From Deltaproteobacteria bacterium (GTDB lineage: Bacteria; Bdellovibrionota; FAC87; UBA2466), in the NCBI GenBank assembly GCA_016207775.1, contig JACQOU010000389.1, positions 1 through 34,890 on the forward strand: a stretch of 34,890 nt of DNA, read 5' to 3'. The notes under the pieces are model-generated. The model did not search any database. It had not been told where the DNA came from and saw only the letters and a program-made list of their open reading frames with translations. Positions 32,505-34,890 of the stretch are shown one piece after another (position 1 is the stretch's first letter; the number at the start of each line of letters is the position of its first letter). The position numbers were made by a program, and so were the translations under genes.

Positions 32505-33059
32505 TCATCGGTAAGTTGCCTCTGCCATTGAGACCTTCCTAATTCTCGCCATCGCGTTCGGGTAACTTTGGCTATCTAAAATCAGTCGGCGATATACTAA
32601 GGCGGCTTCGAATCGGGCAAATTGCTTTGGGTTTTTGATCTTATAGTAAGTGGGGTTGACACAAAACCAGGCAAAGGAATTTGCAAAATCTTCTGAGTTT
32701 GGATCGTTGTGCGTCGATTGTGCAAGCCAATGACCGCATTCATGAAATAGCGTGAAAACAAGGGTCGTGACATTCCGGTATGCTGGAGAGTAAAGCTCAA
32801 TCCGGTTGCCGCTCTGGCAGCCAAACCAGGATGGGTGGAGGATGTGAGTGTCAGGTCTTACATGCACCTTGAGACGCGCTTTTGAGAATAGCGGGTGTGG
32901 CAAGTAAGACAAAGAGTCCCTCACTAAATCACACAATTTTTTGTCCATACAAACAATGCGAAAGCTTTTTAACGTCACTGAAGAGGTGGTTAGGCAGAGA
33001 TGCGCACGGAGACGCTCCCGTACGGCCCACTCGTCGCTTAGGTCTCTCAGCCACGTCAT
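32505..33059 (-). CDS. Putative small zinc metallopeptidase-like protein (HExxH).
   Basis: LFHECGHWLAQSTHNDPNSEDFANSFAWF contains HExxH. I chose the start at M92 of track ORF 32505..33332 because it follows the upstream gene's stop (33070). No RBS is evident, and MDKKL at 32948 is an alternative start. Confidence 0.45.
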   Translation of the reverse strand: MTWLRDLSDEWAVRERLRAHLCLTTSSVTLKSFRIVCMDKKLCDLVRDSLSYLPHPLFSKARLKVHVRPDTHILHPSWFGCQSGNRIELYSPAYRNVTTLVFTLFHECGHWLAQSTHNDPNSEDFANSFAWFCVNPTYYKIKNPKQFARFEAALVYRRLILDSQSYPNAMARIRKVSMAEATYR

Positions 33060-33069
33060 TGGTTGTAAG

Positions 33070-33624
33070 TTAGTTCTGTTCAACAAGCGAACCGCACTTC
33101 TGCATCCGCAAACCCATGTAAGGATTTGAGAGGGTTGTTCCCTTAGGTTGGAGCCAATAGCCATAGCCTTTTGCCATAGGGCAATGGTACAAATCCATCT
33201 CAACGCCTTTCGTTTTTTTGTGAAGTGCAACCACTGCCTCACTGAAAAAGCCGAAAGCCTGCCGTTTCGCTTCCGTGTCCACCACTTCAAATCCAGGAAG
33301 GGACTGGTTAATTGCAGCCAGCTCACCGGCATTTGACCTGTCGGTCTTTCTGAGGAGCTCTAGCTGCGCAGTGATAGATACTGTAACTGGCTTGATGGCG
33401 GAAAAATCGTCATTTGCAAACGCTAATCTGAGTTCATCATACAGGGAGAACAATTTATGCCGCGACTCTCTTGGATTGTCGAAATCCCCCACGCTTCCTA
33501 ACATCGGCGAAAAACGATTTTGGATCCCTTTGTTGTTTAAGTGCTCCTTAAGCGGGTTTCGGCAGGACGCTAAGGCAATGCCTGCAAAGACAAGTAAAAG
33601 ACATTGTCGGTACAGAGCGCTCAT
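33070..33624 (-). CDS. DUF3347-type lipoprotein (associated with heavy-metal loci).
   Basis: Lipobox LLLVFAGIALAS/C. The C-terminal YHCPMAKGYGYWLQPKGTTLSNPYMGLRMQKCG matches the CPM...W.Q...NPY.G..M..CG signature of DUF3347 as I remember it. Start is the ATG at 33624. Confidence 0.7.
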   Translation of the reverse strand: MSALYRQCLLLVFAGIALASCRNPLKEHLNNKGIQNRFSPMLGSVGDFDNPRESRHKLFSLYDELRLAFANDDFSAIKPVTVSITAQLELLRKTDRSNAGELAAINQSLPGFEVVDTEAKRQAFGFFSEAVVALHKKTKGVEMDLYHCPMAKGYGYWLQPKGTTLSNPYMGLRMQKCGSLVEQN

Positions 33625-33722
33625 TTCTTTTCCGGAACTTGTTTTTTCCTTCGTTCTTGCACCACATGGTACAGCACACCAGCGCCAATCCCCAGAGCAA
33701 GCAATGCCAACCATTTTTTCAT
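33621..33722 (-). CDS. Unannotated 33-aa single-TM micro-protein.
   Basis: MKKWLALLALGIGAGVLYHVVQERRKKQVPEKK. It is below the track's size cutoff. GGGAG lies 7 nt upstream of the ATG (33722), and its TGA overlaps the ATG of the DUF3347 gene (ATGA). Confidence 0.4.
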   Translation of the reverse strand: MKKWLALLALGIGAGVLYHVVQERRKKQVPEKK

Positions 33723-33733
33723 GCTTTTGCTCC

Positions 33734-33949
33734 CTATTTCCGGACTTCGTAACCGGCATCCTCGATGGCCGCTTCCGCATTTGCCCTGGTTGTCTCGTCA
33801 TTGTTGGTAACGATAAGCGTGACGGATTTCTCTTTAAGGCTGACTGTGACACTTTCAACGCCAGCAACCTTGCCCAGCGCTTTTTGAATAGCGCCCACGC
33901 AATGACTGCAAGTCATGCCTTTGATTGGAATGACGATTGTCTCTGCCAT
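33734..33949 (-). CDS. Heavy-metal-associated (HMA) domain metallochaperone, CopZ-like.
   Basis: MAETIVIPIKGMTCSHCVGAIQKAL carries the GMTCxxC motif. 71 aa. AGGAGG RBS before the ATG at 33949. The track ORF is extended upstream. Confidence 0.85.
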   Translation of the reverse strand: MAETIVIPIKGMTCSHCVGAIQKALGKVAGVESVTVSLKEKSVTLIVTNNDETTRANAEAAIEDAGYEVRK

Positions 33950-34872
33950 CGGATACCTCCTAGGGTAAAGGGTAAGTGCCTTTTGGCCCACACAAGCCGA
34001 AATTCGCGTCGATACATCCAAAAATAACAAACGACTAGGATAGCAATCCCGCCAACCACCGTTGGAATAATCGTAACAGGACCCATGAAGGCATTCATTC
34101 CTCCGACCATCGCCGCAGGCATGGCACCCATCATTCCACCCATCAACGCCATCCCGCAAACCATAATCGGGTTATCGTGTTCCGGTTCCCCGGCATGTTT
34201 ATCGAGAAGGCCGGCAAGCCATCCGCCGATCAGTCCTCCCAGCATCGCCCCACTCATACCGTAAGCCATTCCTCCGAGCATGATGCCGTTGGCAAGGTCT
34301 CGCTTCATGACAATTATCATCAGAATGGTAAGTAAGATTTCGATGATGACGGAAAGGGCCAGCATAATCGCAAGCTTATTTTTCATCTTCATCGGTTGAA
34401 CGGGTAGCGGCTCACCTTCATCATTTACTCTTATTCCACAGCAACTGATCTTGTTCACTCGATAAACAGACGCATTATTGCGGGAGCAAAAAACGAAAAG
34501 CCCCAGATAAAGCGCACCCAAGACCCAAGAAATATGAATCGCCGGAAAGAAAAAGTAAAAACCCGCAAGCACCGTTCCCGAAAGCCCGAATGCGGTTGCG
34601 CCAATGAATGAGCCCATTGCGGAAAGAACCCCCATATCCATCTGAGAGCAGGCATCTTCTTCCATCACCGCTCCCAAATATCCACCCGCTTTTGATCCGA
34701 TAAGGGCAAAAAGCGCTCCCCAGATAAAAACCTGGGCCATGACTTGATCAAACTGACTTTCTTGTTTCAAAACATAAGCACAAACAATGCTCGATGTGAC
34801 CAAAAGAATGTTCAGGGAGTGAAAAATGTAAAAGACGATATGGTCCGTATTTTCGTCCGAGCGTGTCTGCAT
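33913..34872 (-). CDS. Methionine- and glycine-rich polytopic membrane protein, unknown family.
   Basis: About eight hydrophobic segments. Met clusters (GMAYGMSGAMLGG, CGMALMGGMMGAMPAAMVGGMNAFMG) and a CC pair (ISCCG). GGAGGGGG RBS. It overlaps the copZ-like start by 37 nt. Confidence 0.65.
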   Translation of the reverse strand: MQTRSDENTDHIVFYIFHSLNILLVTSSIVCAYVLKQESQFDQVMAQVFIWGALFALIGSKAGGYLGAVMEEDACSQMDMGVLSAMGSFIGATAFGLSGTVLAGFYFFFPAIHISWVLGALYLGLFVFCSRNNASVYRVNKISCCGIRVNDEGEPLPVQPMKMKNKLAIMLALSVIIEILLTILMIIVMKRDLANGIMLGGMAYGMSGAMLGGLIGGWLAGLLDKHAGEPEHDNPIMVCGMALMGGMMGAMPAAMVGGMNAFMGPVTIIPTVVGGIAILVVCYFWMYRREFRLVWAKRHLPFTLGGIRWQRQSSFQSKA

Positions 34873-34890
34873 TTTTCCCCCTCCGCAAAA

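Noticed and set aside
33070-34159. Long track ORFs 32505..33332, 33070..33867 and 33734..34159, which mutually overlap by hundreds of nt.
   Set aside because: The overlaps disappear when internal starts are used: the lipobox start at 33624, the RBS-supported copZ-like start at 33949, and M92 at 33059. The upstream extensions have no features of their own and run across neighbouring genes.
1-34890. Search for mobile-element hallmarks (integrase, transposase, terminal inverted repeats, tRNA-flanked island borders) that would mark the helicase locus or the stress cluster as a horizontally acquired island.
   Set aside because: I found none by eye. I could not compute GC or codon-usage shifts, so island status remains untested rather than excluded.

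Overview
This is a densely coding bacterial chromosomal window with about 38 protein-coding genes. I found no rRNA, tRNA, CRISPR array, transposase or integrase. Left third (1-9.6 kb): a translationally coupled, TA-like gene pair cut by the window edge, followed mostly by exported or envelope proteins. These are two unknown secreted proteins, an aldo-keto reductase with a twin-arginine-like leader, a SpoIIAB/RsbW-like GHKL ATPase with a signal-like N-terminus, an OM beta-barrel protein, a family-IV esterase and an S46 dipeptidyl-peptidase. Middle (9.6-24 kb): general-stress-type genes, namely a KGG-repeat protein, an FAD/Rieske oxidoreductase, a membrane protein, a CBS-pair protein, a helical protein, a desulforedoxin-like small protein plus Mn-type SOD, and a DUF883/YqjE-like/YqjK-like trio. 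Interleaved with them are a RecD2 helicase, a sensor-less histidine kinase with an NtrC-type sigma-54 activator, and pntAA-pntAB-pntB. Right third (24-34.9 kb): an orphan receiver and an atypical hybrid kinase, a TetR-containing operon divergent from a 1177-aa SF2 helicase with four unrecognised C-terminal repeats, a ferritin-like protein, and a copper-type metal cluster. That cluster holds a Met-rich membrane protein, an HMA/CopZ-like protein, an unannotated 33-aa membrane peptide, a DUF3347 lipoprotein and an HExxH protein. Two things stand out as candidate undescribed biology. (1) Ten strict-spacing sigma-54 -24/-12 promoter matches (core GGCA-N7-TGCA) are all intergenic and all point into RBS-supported gene starts. 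They would place a general-stress-like gene set under RpoN and enhancer-binding-protein control, and they include a back-to-back divergent pair 10 bp apart. (2) The TetR / unknown membrane protein / giant helicase locus at 26.5-32 kb fits no known system that I can name. All calls come from reading the sequence and ORF translations by eye; no searches or computations were run.
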